Positions 10,381 to 20,973 are shown, numbered from the stretch's first letter. The stretch: 64,000 nt of DNA from an uncultured Nitrospiraceae bacterium (GCA_963727805.1 CAVSHF010000003.1:352001-416000), one strand, 5' to 3'. Notes: generated by a model from the sequence alone, not told the origin. Translations and numbers: made by a program.

Positions 10381-11761
10381 CAAGCAGAAGGACGTCATCT
10401 TTTTGAGATATCTTCGAGGTCGCCTCCTTGAATGCAATTAGGCTGTCCACAGGCTTCTTATTGACTTCCATAACGATATCTCCCCTCTTTAGAACGCCGA
10501 GGGCACGGCTCTCTTCGTCGACATTCATGACGACGACTCCCTGAATGTCGCGGGTGATCCCCAACTGCTGTAAGATGTCAGCGTTCAGATCCTGCACTGT
10601 TACACCCTTTAAGGCATTGTTACTTTCTGTCAGTGGAGCGGCCACGGTCTCAGTGGGTAATTCGGTGATCACTACAGGTAGGATTAGTGGGCTGCCGTCT
10701 CTGAAGATCTTTATCTCGACCATCTTTCCCGGTTTTGAAGAGGCAACCAGATTTTTTAACTGAAAGGGGTTATCAAGGTCCTTATTGTCGAAGCCGACTA
10801 TGACATCGCCTCTTTTAATACCTCCTTTATCGGCAGGCCCCCCTTCGGTGACATCGACAACCAGAATCCCCTTGTCGTGTTTCATTCGGAATTGCTTTGC
10901 GAGATTTGCGGTAAGCGGTTGTACCTGGACACCCAAGTAGCCCCGTACGACCTTGCCCTGGCTAATAATGCTGTCCATGACGTTTTTCGCCATACTGGAC
11001 GGGATTGCAAAGCCTATGCCCTGATTGCCGCCAGACGTGCTGAATATGGCGTCATTGATGCCGATCAATTCCCCTCTTGAATTAATCAGTGCTCCACCCG
11101 AATTGCCCGGATTGATTGAGGCGTCGGTCTGGATGAAGTCTTCATAGTCGACGAGTCCCATACCTGCCCTACCGGTGGCACTCACAATCCCCATGGTAAC
11201 GGTCTGGTTGAGACCGTAAGGGTTCCCTATTGCAATAACGACCGCGCCAGTCCTGAGTTTGTCAGAATCACCCCAGGCAACAGTAGGAAGGTTCTCGGCG
11301 GTGATCTTGATAATGGCGATATCTGTCCGTGAATCGAGACCAACTATCTTTCCCTTGAACTCCCGGCTGTCATTTAGCCTTACGACGATGTCTTCGGCGC
11401 CTTCAATCACATGATTGCACGTTACGATATATCCGTCTGGGGTTGCGATAACACCTGAACCGAGGCTGAAGACCTTCTGTTTTTGGGTTCGGCCTTCTCC
11501 AAAAAATTTTCTGAATAGGGGATCGTCAAATGGAAGACGCGGTGTTTTGACAGTCTTGGAGGTCGAGATATTTACGACAGCCGGGTTGACTCTCTCCGAT
11601 ACTCTGGACATAGCATCTCCGAGTTGAGAAAGAATGTCAGATGACACATCCGGATCAGGAGTAGCCGCGAACAGCGTCTGCGGCAGTAACAGACAGGCTG
11701 CCAGAATGAAAGATGCAGTGAGCAATAGAAGGTTTTTTATCCGAGGCCTGGAAAAATTCAT
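10334..11761 (-). CDS. degP: DegP/HtrA (Do family) serine protease with two PDZ domains
   Basis: Signal peptide; TCNHV, TDIA and GNSGG catalytic triad motifs; 3' end overlaps hemW convergently. Confidence 0.92.
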   Translation of the reverse strand: MNFSRPRIKNLLLLTASFILAACLLLPQTLFAATPDPDVSSDILSQLGDAMSRVSERVNPAVVNISTSKTVKTPRLPFDDPLFRKFFGEGRTQKQKVFSLGSGVIATPDGYIVTCNHVIEGAEDIVVRLNDSREFKGKIVGLDSRTDIAIIKITAENLPTVAWGDSDKLRTGAVVIAIGNPYGLNQTVTMGIVSATGRAGMGLVDYEDFIQTDASINPGNSGGALINSRGELIGINDAIFSTSGGNQGIGFAIPSSMAKNVMDSIISQGKVVRGYLGVQVQPLTANLAKQFRMKHDKGILVVDVTEGGPADKGGIKRGDVIVGFDNKDLDNPFQLKNLVASSKPGKMVEIKIFRDGSPLILPVVITELPTETVAAPLTESNNALKGVTVQDLNADILQQLGITRDIQGVVVMNVDEESRALGVLKRGDIVMEVNKKPVDSLIAFKEATSKISQKDDVLLLVMRGGFVQYITLAGQ

Positions 11762-11776
11762 TTGATCCTCCTTGAA

Positions 11777-13168
11777 TCAATACTTCATGGGTCTGATCTC
11801 CAATCTCATTACCCTGTTTGTATTATCGTCAACTTTGAATCGATCGTCAACTCGATACCCGATTACCCATGCAATAGCATTATTATTTATGAGAAGGGGA
11901 ACGATATCCCGTTCTTCGCGTGGTATCTTCTTGTCCACAAAAAAGTCCTGGATCTTTTTTCGTTTCCCAAAACCAAGAGGATAGAAGAAATCTCCTGTCT
12001 TTCTTGGGCGTATCTCAAGTGGAAATGAGAGCTTGTCAGCATCGAGACAGGCAAACCGCTTGCCGTCTCCCAGATCATTGTCGGGATTTTTTTCGGAAAT
12101 TGAAAGACGCAACACCAGTGAGGCCTCCTTCAGGATGATCTCTCCAGGCTCGTTGATAATATATTCAGTGAGCCTCTCCGGCTTTTCCGAAGTCAGTGTC
12201 AGGGTCGCATAGCCCTTGATCGCCCGGATGGAATGAGGCAGGTATATCCGATTTCCTGAACGCCCTGACTTGATCAATTTAATAAGGTCCTCAATATGAT
12301 CGAGCCCGAGGCCCCGAAGTTTCTTCGTTTCAGCAAGGGAGCGTCTTAGAACCCTCCTCAACAGTACTGTATCCATATATTCCAAAGGACCAAGAAATAA
12401 TTCAATGGATGAGTCCGATTTCCTGCTTATAAGTTTCATCAAGGTCTTCGTAACAAGTAAGTCAAAATAGCGTTCTTCATCCCTGATAATGTTCGTTGTC
12501 CTCAGGACAGCCTGAAGGAAATCCCTGTTGATATTCTTGAAAGCGGGTATGATGAAATGCCTGATTCTGTTTCTGAGATAATCGTCCTTTTGGTTGGAAG
12601 AATCGGTCATATAACTGATGTTGAATTCAGAGAGGAATTCCTCGATCTCTTTGCGCTCTGTTTCGATAAGCGGCCTTATAATGCGACTGCGGACAGGCGG
12701 AATACCCGAAAGCCCCGCGGGACCTGAGCCCCTTATGAGATGCATCAAAAGAGTCTCTGCCTGGTCGTCTGCATTATGAGCAAGTGCGATTTTATTCGCT
12801 CCGGTTTCCGCCGCAATATCTTGGAGTGCTTTATACCTGAGTTCCCGCGCAGCTTCCTGTTTATTTATTCCTTCATTGGCGGCATAAGATTTGGGGTCGA
12901 TTGTTCTGACGGTGAAGTTGATATTCCTTTCGCCGCATAATTTCTCACAGAAATGCACTTCTGACGGTATTTCTTCAAGCCTGAGGCCATGGTCGATATA
13001 TGCAGCTGAGATTTCGATGCCCCAGTAATCTCTTAAATTAAGGAGAGTGGTCAGTAAGCATACGGAATCCGCCCCTCCCGAAAGTCCGACTAGAATATTA
13101 TCGCCGCGGGAGATCATGGAGTGCTTTATAATGGTGTCTTTCACTTCATCGGCAAGACGTTTTTTCAT
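11777..13168 (-). CDS. tilS: tRNA(Ile)-lysidine synthetase
   Basis: SGGADS, ARELRY, HNADDQAET and RNRIR motifs. Confidence 0.96.
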   Translation of the reverse strand: MKKRLADEVKDTIIKHSMISRGDNILVGLSGGADSVCLLTTLLNLRDYWGIEISAAYIDHGLRLEEIPSEVHFCEKLCGERNINFTVRTIDPKSYAANEGINKQEAARELRYKALQDIAAETGANKIALAHNADDQAETLLMHLIRGSGPAGLSGIPPVRSRIIRPLIETERKEIEEFLSEFNISYMTDSSNQKDDYLRNRIRHFIIPAFKNINRDFLQAVLRTTNIIRDEERYFDLLVTKTLMKLISRKSDSSIELFLGPLEYMDTVLLRRVLRRSLAETKKLRGLGLDHIEDLIKLIKSGRSGNRIYLPHSIRAIKGYATLTLTSEKPERLTEYIINEPGEIILKEASLVLRLSISEKNPDNDLGDGKRFACLDADKLSFPLEIRPRKTGDFFYPLGFGKRKKIQDFFVDKKIPREERDIVPLLINNNAIAWVIGYRVDDRFKVDDNTNRVMRLEIRPMKY

Positions 13169-13238
13169 CTGGATATCTTATCACACGCACTTTGCCTTTA
13201 CAATTTTTCACCCGAGTTGATATTATATAGGTTACTTT

Positions 13239-13331
13239 GGAGAGGTGGCCGAGTCGGTCGAAGGCAGCCGCCTGCTAAGCGGTTGTAGGGGTAACACCTT
13301 ACCTAGGGTTCGAATCCCTACCTCTCCGCCA
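13239..13331 (+). tRNA. tRNA-Ser(GCT)
   Basis: GGAGAGG/CCTCTCC acceptor stem, anticodon arm GCCGC-CTGCTAA-GCGGT, long variable arm, GGTTCGAATCC T-loop, encoded CCA. Confidence 0.97.
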
Positions 13332-13373
13332 TTTTATGTGTATGTATATACACATCTATCGAAGGGGGATCTC

Positions 13374-13925
13374 ATGAACAAAAAGTCGATTCTCATATTT
13401 GTTGCTGTCTGCATGCTTCTTTCCTTGGGGGCATGTCAGAAGAAAGAGGAGCAACCAGTGCCCAAGGCGACGAGTCCGTCTCCAATGGCACAGCCATCCG
13501 ATCTTAACCAGCCGATGCCTCCGCAGGGTCCAATGACCGCTCCACATGGAGATATGGGGAAGAAAGAGCAGAAAACGGTGCAAGTGCCCGAAGATATAAA
13601 AAAGAGCTGGGGTAAGGTAAAGCTGGTGTTTACTGATAAGGCAGCCAAGAAGTCAAAGGAATATATTGTGGACGTCGGTTCAGAGTTAGTAATTCCAGGT
13701 ACCGACCTGAAGATCGCTGTCGGGGAGTTTTTACCGGATTTCAAGATCATAGGGACGACCATCACCTCGGGAAGTAATGAGCCTAACAATCCTGGGGTCC
13801 GAGTCGAGATATTCGAAAAGGGGAAAAGCATTTTCAAGGGCTGGCTCTATTCGAAATTCCCCGATATGCATCCGTTCGAGCATGATAAGTATGGGCTTAA
13901 TCTGAAAGAAGGCATCAGGAAATAG
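13374..13925 (+). CDS. Lipoprotein, DUF2155-like C-terminal domain
   Basis: True start ATG 13374 (the ORF-track start lies inside the tRNA); lipobox LGAC, Pro-rich linker, FKGWLYSKFPDMHPFEH. Confidence 0.75.
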   Translation: MNKKSILIFVAVCMLLSLGACQKKEEQPVPKATSPSPMAQPSDLNQPMPPQGPMTAPHGDMGKKEQKTVQVPEDIKKSWGKVKLVFTDKAAKKSKEYIVDVGSELVIPGTDLKIAVGEFLPDFKIIGTTITSGSNEPNNPGVRVEIFEKGKSIFKGWLYSKFPDMHPFEHDKYGLNLKEGIRK

Positions 13926-13935
13926 AGTAGAATTT

Positions 13936-14511
13936 GTGTCTACGTTAATTCCGCTTGGCAGAGCGCCAAAAAGTCGCGAAGAACGGCAAACACTGATTTC
14001 TGAACAGGTTGCACACGAAGAACGTATTGCCAATATGGGGCTTGCCCATGTCAAAAAGGCTATTGTCGATTATCTTCTGTCGGAGAAGGGCTACAGTGCA
14101 GAAGACCTCGAAGTCGAGAGGGAATTTCGCATAGAACTGGGCGACGCGGTATTTACCGTTAAATCAGATATTGTCCTCAAAGTGGAGGGCAGGATATTTC
14201 TCCTTGTTAAATGCGCCATGACCTCACCCGAGTCATGGGAGAGATATACTGTTGCCATGTGCCGGGTGGCCTGCAATGAGGCAATACCTTTCTGTCTTGT
14301 AACCGACGGAGAGTACGCAGGCCTCATCGATGTCAGAACAGGGAAATCTGTGTCGGAAAGATTTGAACAACTGCCTTCGAAACAGGAAGCCCTTCGGGCA
14401 GCCCGTGATGTTTCCTCCTCACCTTTTGCATGTGAAAAGGCAGAAAAGGAAAAGAGGATTCTATTTGCATTCGAAGGTCTGGGCTGTACAGCTGCCAAAG
14501 ATGGCCAATAA
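13936..14511 (+). CDS. Stand-alone type I restriction HsdR N-terminal-like domain protein
   Basis: YLLSEKGY..E.EVE, KSDIVL..LLVKC and VTDG resemble HSDR_N; no helicase domain. Confidence 0.6.
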   Translation: MSTLIPLGRAPKSREERQTLISEQVAHEERIANMGLAHVKKAIVDYLLSEKGYSAEDLEVEREFRIELGDAVFTVKSDIVLKVEGRIFLLVKCAMTSPESWERYTVAMCRVACNEAIPFCLVTDGEYAGLIDVRTGKSVSERFEQLPSKQEALRAARDVSSSPFACEKAEKEKRILFAFEGLGCTAAKDGQ

Positions 14512-14588
14512 ACGTATCGAAGCAAGAATGATCTTGGCCGCCTCACACATTTGAGTAATAGCAATTCCATTGTGAAGTCGGTGTCCGT

Positions 14589-14632
14589 AAAAAAGGAAAC
14601 CCGCAGAATAAATCTGCGGGTTTCCTTTTTTT
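14589..14632. terminator. Bidirectional rho-independent terminator
   Basis: AAAAAAGGAAACCCGCAGA-ataaa-TCTGCGGGTTTCCTTTTTT between convergent genes. Confidence 0.9.
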
Positions 14633-14650
14633 ACAAATCGAAGCTGATAT

Positions 14651-16132
14651 CTATATTTTAAAGTTAAGCTGCCACCTGAAGAATAGGGCATCATGCGTGC
14701 TGGATTGGTAAAAGCTCCCTGGAACGAAATATTCTAGTTGCAGCATTCCGTCCACATTCTTACAGAAAGTGTGATTTAGAATTGCCGTAGGCAGGCTTCC
14801 TCTAACCTTGCCCTGGTTGGTATACTCCGTAGAGCTAAGAGCATAAGTACCTGTTGAAGGGGTAGAGTCGGGGGCGGTGATATATTGGTATGTCATAGTA
14901 AGGCTTGTCTTTTCTGCTATATTCACTTTCCCTTTAATCATGTAGATGACCATGTTTGTCCAGTATCCGGGAACTGGACCGCTATATTTCTTGACCGTCT
15001 CATTGATAAGCGTGTAGATATATAACTCATTCCAATACGGGTTTCTTGAAAAAAGAGGATCCCAAGCTGTTCGTTTGCTGGGATCTTTCGGGTTGTCGCC
15101 CGAGAGATACACTACTCCGAGATCGAATTCAGGCTTGCCGGGAGTCTTTTCAAATTTGTAACCGCCGAATGCGTAGCCGCCGAGGCCCGTCCTGGTTGCG
15201 CCGGTCTGGCCGGTCGGGATGCCGTCATAGTGGCCGACCTGGCGGGCTAGTTCAGCCTTGGCCCTCCAGCCATCAGCAGTGAATGTCGCACGGCCTCCAA
15301 AGGTATTGAGTGTCAGGTTAGGGTTATTGACTCCGGCAGAAATAAAGCCTCGCTCTGTTTTGCGAATTAAATATGGATCGAAGGTAAAATACTGTCCGAG
15401 CTTGTTCCTGCTATAAATCATAATAGCCTGTTCATCCGAGGTAGTAAGCAGTTTTTTGTTATCCACATAAAGCGAATTACCGGTGATTGCCGGATGGAGA
15501 GATGGCATGAAGGTATCCGTTTCAGGGTCGTCGATGTATACTAAATCGACGCTGTTGTCCGGACTTATATTTAGCCTAGCCTTTGCTGCATTGAAGTAGA
15601 AGGTTCTCGATCCGTCACCGGGCGTACCATCCGTAAGAAGGAACCCTTCGCCATAAATGTCGGACGGACTCAGGAAATCCTGCCTGCCTATCCTTACGTC
15701 CAGCTTGCCGTTCAACAGTTTCTTGCCGCTGACGTAGAGATTGTCGACTATGACTTCATCTGGATCCAAATATTGACCGAGATTGGATCTGTCGTGCCAG
15801 GTTCCGTTATCAGCAGGGTGATACGGTCCGAGATAGTACTTCGGCTCAGTAGTAATCCTCGTGAAGAAATCGAGGTACTGACCGATATCGGCCCTGCCCC
15901 ATAAAGACAATCTATACCGAAAGAAATCGCGATCTTTTTGAGTCGTCGGGTTTGTGTTCAAGGATACTACATCATCCCAAATTTCCTGGCGCACCCTCAA
16001 AGATGCGCCGACCGTGGCGCTGACATCACTGTCCCAAACATGTTCAACAGTATGTTCAGCATAAACCGATGAAGCAAACAGGAGCATAAATGCAAAAAGA
16101 AGCAACACACGTGATACCATTTTTCCTACCAT
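14651..16132 (-). CDS. Outer-membrane beta-barrel, alginate export (AlgE)-like porin
   Basis: Signal peptide, RIGRQ and YLSGD motifs, terminal ...WQLNFKI; start chosen at 16132 after GGAG. Confidence 0.75.
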   Translation of the reverse strand: MVGKMVSRVLLLFAFMLLFASSVYAEHTVEHVWDSDVSATVGASLRVRQEIWDDVVSLNTNPTTQKDRDFFRYRLSLWGRADIGQYLDFFTRITTEPKYYLGPYHPADNGTWHDRSNLGQYLDPDEVIVDNLYVSGKKLLNGKLDVRIGRQDFLSPSDIYGEGFLLTDGTPGDGSRTFYFNAAKARLNISPDNSVDLVYIDDPETDTFMPSLHPAITGNSLYVDNKKLLTTSDEQAIMIYSRNKLGQYFTFDPYLIRKTERGFISAGVNNPNLTLNTFGGRATFTADGWRAKAELARQVGHYDGIPTGQTGATRTGLGGYAFGGYKFEKTPGKPEFDLGVVYLSGDNPKDPSKRTAWDPLFSRNPYWNELYIYTLINETVKKYSGPVPGYWTNMVIYMIKGKVNIAEKTSLTMTYQYITAPDSTPSTGTYALSSTEYTNQGKVRGSLPTAILNHTFCKNVDGMLQLEYFVPGSFYQSSTHDALFFRWQLNFKI

Positions 16133-16180
16133 GTTCTCTTTTCTCCTTTCCATAATATGGTTTGATTTGAACATTAGAAG

Positions 16181-17479
16181 CTAAAAGCTCCTTTTCTCGA
16201 TTACCCTTTTTGCTTTTCCCTCAAACCGTTCAAGCGACTTGCCTTCAACAAGTTTGACCTCGACGGTTATACCGAGCTCGGAGGCAAGCCGGGTCTTGAT
16301 AAGATCTATAAACTTGCGTTGTTCTCTCATCGAGTCAAAAAAAATAGACTCGGACACTTCAACAAGGACAGTCAGTTCGTCGACTGATCCTTTCCTGTCG
16401 ACAATAATCTGGTAATGAGGTTCGGTCCCCTCAATCTCGGAGAGGACTGCTTCGACTTGTGAAGGGAAGACATTTGCACCTTTGATTTTAATCATGTCGT
16501 CCGTTCTTCCTGTCACCTTGCCCATCCTTACGAATGTTCTGCCGCAGGTGCAGGGTTCGACCATTAACGTAGTGAGGTCTCTTGTCCTGAATCTGATGAC
16601 TGGAAACGCCTCTTTTGTGAGAGTGGTAATAACGAGTTCACCTGTTTTCCCCGTGGGAACCGGTTCGAGAGTTTCGGGATCAACGACCTCAACAAGAAAA
16701 TGATCTTCGTTGATATGAAGACTGTTGCGCTCAAGGCACTCTCCTGCCACACCCGGTCCCATGACTTCGCTGAGGCCGTAATTATCTGTTGCGATAATCT
16801 TGAGTTTCTCCTGCAGCTGCAGTCGCATGGCCTCAGACCATGGTTCGGCTCCGAACAGGCCGTACTTCAGAGAAAGTGAGTTGACGTTGATTCCTAATTC
16901 AATGATGGTGTCGGCTATCGAAAGAGCGAAGGTCGGAGTACAAATGAGAGCAGTCGTCTTAAAATCCTGTAGTAGCTTAATCTGTCTTTTTGTATCACCG
17001 CTTGAAATAGGGATGACGGAGGCCCCGAGGCGTTCTGCTCCGTAATGCAGGCCGAATGCTCCGGTGAAGAGTCCGTAATCGAAAGCAATTTGGACGATAT
17101 CATTTTGTGTAACGCCGCCCGCAGTGAGAATCCTTGCCACAAGATCTGACCAGTTCTTGAGATCGTTTTTAGTATAGCCCACGACTGTCGGCATGCCGGT
17201 TGTACCGGATGACGCTTGAATTCTGACCACCTCTCTCAAAGGGACTGCAAACATGCCGTACGGATAACTGTTCCGTAGGTCTTCCTTGGTGGTGAATGGG
17301 AGTTTCATCAGGTCTTCAAGGGAGCGAAAATCATCAGGATCAATGCCCAGTTCATCGAATTTTCTCTTGTAGAAGGGCACATTCATATAAACTCTGGAAA
17401 GCGTCGACTGAAGTCTCTCAAGCTGTAACTGTTCCAGATCTTCTCTCTTCATGCATTCTCTCACCGCTTCCCAGTACAT
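16181..17479 (-). CDS. paaK: Phenylacetate-CoA ligase family protein (paralogue 1)
   Basis: SSGTTG, YGLFTG, DNYGLSE, RFRTRD, GRTDDM and GKAKRV motifs. Confidence 0.9.
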   Translation of the reverse strand: MYWEAVRECMKREDLEQLQLERLQSTLSRVYMNVPFYKRKFDELGIDPDDFRSLEDLMKLPFTTKEDLRNSYPYGMFAVPLREVVRIQASSGTTGMPTVVGYTKNDLKNWSDLVARILTAGGVTQNDIVQIAFDYGLFTGAFGLHYGAERLGASVIPISSGDTKRQIKLLQDFKTTALICTPTFALSIADTIIELGINVNSLSLKYGLFGAEPWSEAMRLQLQEKLKIIATDNYGLSEVMGPGVAGECLERNSLHINEDHFLVEVVDPETLEPVPTGKTGELVITTLTKEAFPVIRFRTRDLTTLMVEPCTCGRTFVRMGKVTGRTDDMIKIKGANVFPSQVEAVLSEIEGTEPHYQIIVDRKGSVDELTVLVEVSESIFFDSMREQRKFIDLIKTRLASELGITVEVKLVEGKSLERFEGKAKRVIEKRSF

Positions 17480-17545
17480 TTGACACCTCCGATTTTGATC
17501 AAGAGTTCCATCGCTCAGCTAATGGAAGAGGAAAGCCTTCATATT

Positions 17546-18280
17546 TTAAAACCTGGCATCGAGGTCTCTCCCAAGATATGCCCTTTGTACATCCCGGTTC
17601 AGCATAAGGTCTTCCGCAGGTCCTTCCAATAGTATTCTTCCCGTTTCAAGGACGTAGCCTGTATCGGCTATCTGCAAGGCACTCTTAGCATTTTGTTCAA
17701 CGAGGAGTACTGTCAGGCCATACTTGTTCCTCAGTTCGACGACGTACCGTAATATTTCTTTGACAATTATCGGCGCAAGTCCCATACTCGGCTCGTCCAG
17801 TAAGAGAAGTTTGGGCTTAGCCATTAATGCACGACCGATTGCAAGCATCTGCTGTTCTCCGCCCGATAGGGTGCCTGCGAGTTGCTTTCTCCGTTCCTTC
17901 AGGACGGGGAACATGACATAAATTTGCTCCAGATCAGACTTGAAAACAGACCGGCTTCTTAATGAATAGCGCGGGTAGGCCCCAAGGAGCAAGTTATCCT
18001 CTACACTCAGCGGCTTAAATACCAATCCTCTTTCGGGGACATGAGATACTCCCATTTTGACTATCCTATCCGAGCTTTGTTTCAGGATATCGGTCTCATT
18101 AAAAAAAATGCTTCCGCCGCCGGACTTCAGCAAGCCTGAAATCGTACGTAGAAGTGTGGTCTTGCCTGCGCCATTTGCACCGATGAGTGCGACAATCTCA
18201 CCGCTACTGACGTGAAGAGATACCCTCTTGAGAGCATGAATCTTTCCATAAAAGACGTCGACATTTTTTAGTTTCAGCAT
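17546..18280 (-). CDS. livF: LIV-type ABC transporter ATP-binding protein (LivF-like)
   Basis: GANGAGKT, LSGGEQQMLA, DEPSMGLAP, VEQNA. Confidence 0.9.
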   Translation of the reverse strand: MLKLKNVDVFYGKIHALKRVSLHVSSGEIVALIGANGAGKTTLLRTISGLLKSGGGSIFFNETDILKQSSDRIVKMGVSHVPERGLVFKPLSVEDNLLLGAYPRYSLRSRSVFKSDLEQIYVMFPVLKERRKQLAGTLSGGEQQMLAIGRALMAKPKLLLLDEPSMGLAPIIVKEILRYVVELRNKYGLTVLLVEQNAKSALQIADTGYVLETGRILLEGPAEDLMLNRDVQRAYLGRDLDARF

Positions 18281-18281
18281 T

Positions 18282-19043
18282 CTACTCTTCTTCAGTCCCT
18301 AGGTACGCCGCAATTACGGCCTGATTCTTCTGGACCTCTGACGGGGTTCCCTTTGCGATAACCTCCCCGAAATTAAGTACGGTGATCCGGTTGCTGATCC
18401 GCATAACGAGGTCCATATCGTGTTCAACAAGTAGTATTGTTATTTTTTTTTCGTCCCGTATTCTGCAAATCATTTCACCAAGACTACGCGTTTCTTTTAT
18501 GTTCAGTCCTGCTGCCGGCTCGTCCAGCAAGAGAAGGTCCGGTTCTGTAGCCAGTGCCCTGCCGATTTCGAGTATTCTCTGCTCACCGAGAGGAAGACTG
18601 GAGGACAGCTCATCCTTTCTGCTGCTTAACCCTATATAATCGAGTATTTCTAAACTAAGATTCCGGTTCTGTCTCTCTTCTCTGACAACATAGGGCAACC
18701 TTAACCCCGACGATATAAAACCGGCCCTTGTCTTTGGATATCTTCCGACCATGATGTTCTCAAGGACTGTCATATCCCCGAATAACTCTACTTGTTGAAA
18801 TGTCCTCGATATGCCGGCTCTGGCAATCTTCGTGGATGGGAGCGTGCTGATGCTCGTACCTAAAAACGATATGTCTCCTGTATCCGGCGGGAAAATGCCG
18901 CTGATGATATTGAGAAGGGTCGTCTTCCCGGCACCGTTGGGACCAATGAGAGCACTGATGGTGCGCTCCTTTACGCTGAAATGGACATCTTTGAGGGCAA
19001 CAAGACCTCCAAAACTCTTGCCTATGGCCTTAATGTCCAGCAA
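18282..19043 (-). CDS. livG: LIV-type ABC transporter ATP-binding protein (LivG-like)
   Basis: FGGLVAL, GPNGAGKT, DEPAAG, VEHDM, AYLG. Confidence 0.9.
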   Translation of the reverse strand: MLDIKAIGKSFGGLVALKDVHFSVKERTISALIGPNGAGKTTLLNIISGIFPPDTGDISFLGTSISTLPSTKIARAGISRTFQQVELFGDMTVLENIMVGRYPKTRAGFISSGLRLPYVVREERQNRNLSLEILDYIGLSSRKDELSSSLPLGEQRILEIGRALATEPDLLLLDEPAAGLNIKETRSLGEMICRIRDEKKITILLVEHDMDLVMRISNRITVLNFGEVIAKGTPSEVQKNQAVIAAYLGTEEE

Positions 19044-19980
19044 TTTCAGGCCTCCTGAGTTTGTTAATCCGCTCGATTAAGAGAGGAACGAGTCCTTTTC
19101 TGAAGAACATCAGAGAGAGTGTCAGGACTAGTCCATACACGAGCACATCGAATTCCTCAAAGCTTCTAAGGAGTTCAGGCAAGATTGTAATAAGCACTGA
19201 GCCGATGACTGCACCCCACAGATTTGTAATTCCGCCGATCACGGCCATCATTAAGACTAAAATAGAATAAAAGAGAGTAAAGCTGCTCGGGCTGATAAAC
19301 GTCACATAATGCGCGTACAGGCTGCCGGCAAGAGAGGCGTACACCGCACTCAGGATAAAGACCTTTATTTTAAGCGCGGTCACGTCTAATCCCATTGCCC
19401 TGCTTGCCAATTCACTCCCATGTAGCGCCCTCAGCGCTCTTCCGGCTCTCGAATTAATAAGGTTAAAGGAGAATAAAAGAACGAGCGCTACGCAGCCCCA
19501 GACCAGGTAGAAATAACTCCTTGTTGAGTCGAACGTCAATCCAAGTATAGCGAAATGGGGAATATCGCCAAACCCTGACGGTCCTCCAGGTCCCCATTCA
19601 TTTAGGATGATGTTGATTATTTCACCAAAGCTGAGGGTTGCCACCGCTAGATAATGACCTTTCAGCCGTAAAGATGGGATGGCTAATAATACAGCGGCGA
19701 AGGCGGCAACGATCATCGCCGACAAGACAGATATAATAACAGGAAGACCATACTGCTGGCTCAGCACCGCGGAAACATAGGCGCCGATGCCGTAAAACCC
19801 AGCCTGCCCTAGAGAGACCTGGCCGGCATACCCCATAAGAACGCATAACCCGATTGCTACTAGCGCATTTATTCCCGAAAACACCCCAACCGTTATCACA
19901 TAGGTGCTCCCTGACAGGATTGGCAACAACATAACTATGCAGATAAATATCAGGAAGGTTATTGTGTTGCCCCTAGTCAA
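19030..19980 (-). CDS. livM: LIV-type ABC permease (LivM-like)
   Basis: GYAGQVSLGQ, LRLKGHYLAVATL; hydrophobic. Confidence 0.88.
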   Translation of the reverse strand: MTRGNTITFLIFICIVMLLPILSGSTYVITVGVFSGINALVAIGLCVLMGYAGQVSLGQAGFYGIGAYVSAVLSQQYGLPVIISVLSAMIVAAFAAVLLAIPSLRLKGHYLAVATLSFGEIINIILNEWGPGGPSGFGDIPHFAILGLTFDSTRSYFYLVWGCVALVLLFSFNLINSRAGRALRALHGSELASRAMGLDVTALKIKVFILSAVYASLAGSLYAHYVTFISPSSFTLFYSILVLMMAVIGGITNLWGAVIGSVLITILPELLRSFEEFDVLVYGLVLTLSLMFFRKGLVPLLIERINKLRRPEIAGH

Positions 19981-19982
19981 AT

Positions 19983-20870
19983 CTAAAATCTCCTAAGCCG
20001 ATCGGCAGCGCTGCTGCCGAGTATGCCGGCTGGTTTTAAGAAGAGGACTAACAAAAGGATGATAAGCGCCACGGCGTCCTTTAATCCTGAATGGAGGTAT
20101 CCGGCAGTCATCGATTCGAGGATGCCGATGCTGAACCCTCCGATTACGGCGCCCCTGCCCCTGCCGAGTCCGCCCATGATCGCCGCACAGAACCCCTTTA
20201 CCGCAAGCATGGGGCCCTTATCATATTCCATGAGGGTTATCGGGGTAATGGCTATCCCGCCGATAGCACCCACTACAGCACTCAGGACAAATGATATCAT
20301 TACCATCCTGGACACATTAATGCCGACTAGTTGCGCGGCGGTAGTATCTACGGCACACGCCCTCATTGCCTTTCCGATGATAGTCTTGTTGTAAAACAAA
20401 AACAATAGGATAATACTAAGGGCCGTAATCCCAATCACCCAGAGCGTTTGCTGCTGGATAATGGCCCCCCCAATATTCAAAGGCTCTCCTTCCGTGAAGG
20501 CCGGATATCCATAAGGGTCTTTGCCGAATCCGAACGCTAGAATTCCCCGTAAAACAATTGAGACCGCGATAGTAATCATGATCATCAGCAAAAGGTCTGT
20601 CGTTTTCAAGGGTTTAATTGTAAGCCTTTCCATCAGGAGTCCGATAATTCCGGAGGTGAGTATGGTGAGTGTAATTGCGATGAGAAAAGGCAGTTTGAGG
20701 GATTCTAAAAAAAAGCACATCATAAGCCCACCGATGACGACAAACTCTCCCTGGGCCAGATTAATAATTGAAGTGGCGTTGTATATGATGTTGAACCCCA
20801 TGCCGACAAGGGCATAGACAGCGCCGACAGTGAGACCAGAAAAAAGGAATTGCAGGAAAACCGTCAACAA
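19983..20870 (-). CDS. livH: LIV-type ABC permease (LivH-like)
   Basis: GAVYALVGMG, INLAQGEF, GKAMRA. Confidence 0.88.
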   Translation of the reverse strand: MLTVFLQFLFSGLTVGAVYALVGMGFNIIYNATSIINLAQGEFVVIGGLMMCFFLESLKLPFLIAITLTILTSGIIGLLMERLTIKPLKTTDLLLMIMITIAVSIVLRGILAFGFGKDPYGYPAFTEGEPLNIGGAIIQQQTLWVIGITALSIILLFLFYNKTIIGKAMRACAVDTTAAQLVGINVSRMVMISFVLSAVVGAIGGIAITPITLMEYDKGPMLAVKGFCAAIMGGLGRGRGAVIGGFSIGILESMTAGYLHSGLKDAVALIILLLVLFLKPAGILGSSAADRLRRF

Positions 20871-20932
20871 CGCATTTCTCTCCTCATCCTTAAAATTAGG
20901 AAATAAAATCGCTCTTCAAGAGAAAGCATATA

Positions 20933-20971
20933 GTTGACGAGATCGGGAGTGGGCTTCCCGATCTCGTCAAC
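20933..20971 (-). promoter_or_regulatory. 16-bp perfect stem-loop between binding-protein and permease genes
   Basis: GTTGACGAGATCGGGA-gtgggct-TCCCGATCTCGTCAAC, 2 nt past the stop codon of 20974-22134. Confidence 0.7.
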
Positions 20972-20973
20972 AT

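Noticed and set aside
13245..13373. N-terminal extension of the ORF-track 226-aa protein
   Set aside because: It is a translation of the tRNA-Ser gene; the real start is ATG 13374 with RBS and lipoprotein signal
13239..14632. Genomic island integrated at tRNA-Ser
   Set aside because: No integrase and no repeat of the tRNA 3' end seen downstream
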